A stretch of DNA of 64,000 nt from Diadema antillarum (taxonomy: Eukaryota), in assembly GCF_040938485.1 (NCBI RefSeq), contig NW_027271595.1:248001-312000 (forward strand), read 5' to 3'. Position numbers and translations under genes: made by a program. Positions 63,929 through 64,000 of this stretch are shown here, piece after piece. Below the pieces are notes generated by a model. That model worked only from the letters and a program-made list of their open reading frames with translations. It searched no databases and had not been told where the DNA came from. Positions within the stretch are counted from its first letter, which is position 1, and every line of letters starts with the position of its first letter.

Positions 63929-64000
63929 GTAAGTTTTCATGATTTCAAATCTATTAGGATATAATTGACATGTTCATTTTCTTCCCTTTCGTTTATACCC

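Overview
AT-rich eukaryotic genomic DNA with GT-AG introns, microsatellites and five N gaps, most likely from an echinoderm (sea urchin). The window holds a cluster of four paralogous 7-exon astacin metalloprotease genes of the BP10/SpAN type (signal peptide, Asp-switch prodomain, furin site, astacin domain, EGF, CUB, Thr/Pro/Ser linker, CUB). Gene 1 is at 4293-8512 (+, 603 aa), gene 2 at 19533-23082 (-, 596 aa), gene 3 at 39417-48924 (-, about 590 aa) and gene 4 starts at 62104 (+) and runs off the window end. A fifth copy near 54.6-55.3 kb is a hollowed-out gene-2-like paralog: it keeps the promoter, 5'UTR, ATG and the end of the 3'UTR but has lost essentially all coding sequence. Its upstream noncoding blocks, including a CArG box, an ETS site and a CRE-like site, are still conserved with gene 2. 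Genes 1 and 2 each carry two copies of a CCGU-CUGG(A/U)-ACGG hairpin in their predicted 3'UTRs, which fits the Smaug recognition element pattern. The remainder is MITE-like foldback elements, two decayed LINEs, a SINE, a tRNA-Gly-like sequence and tandem repeats. All exon coordinates and similarities were read by eye; no alignments or database searches were run.
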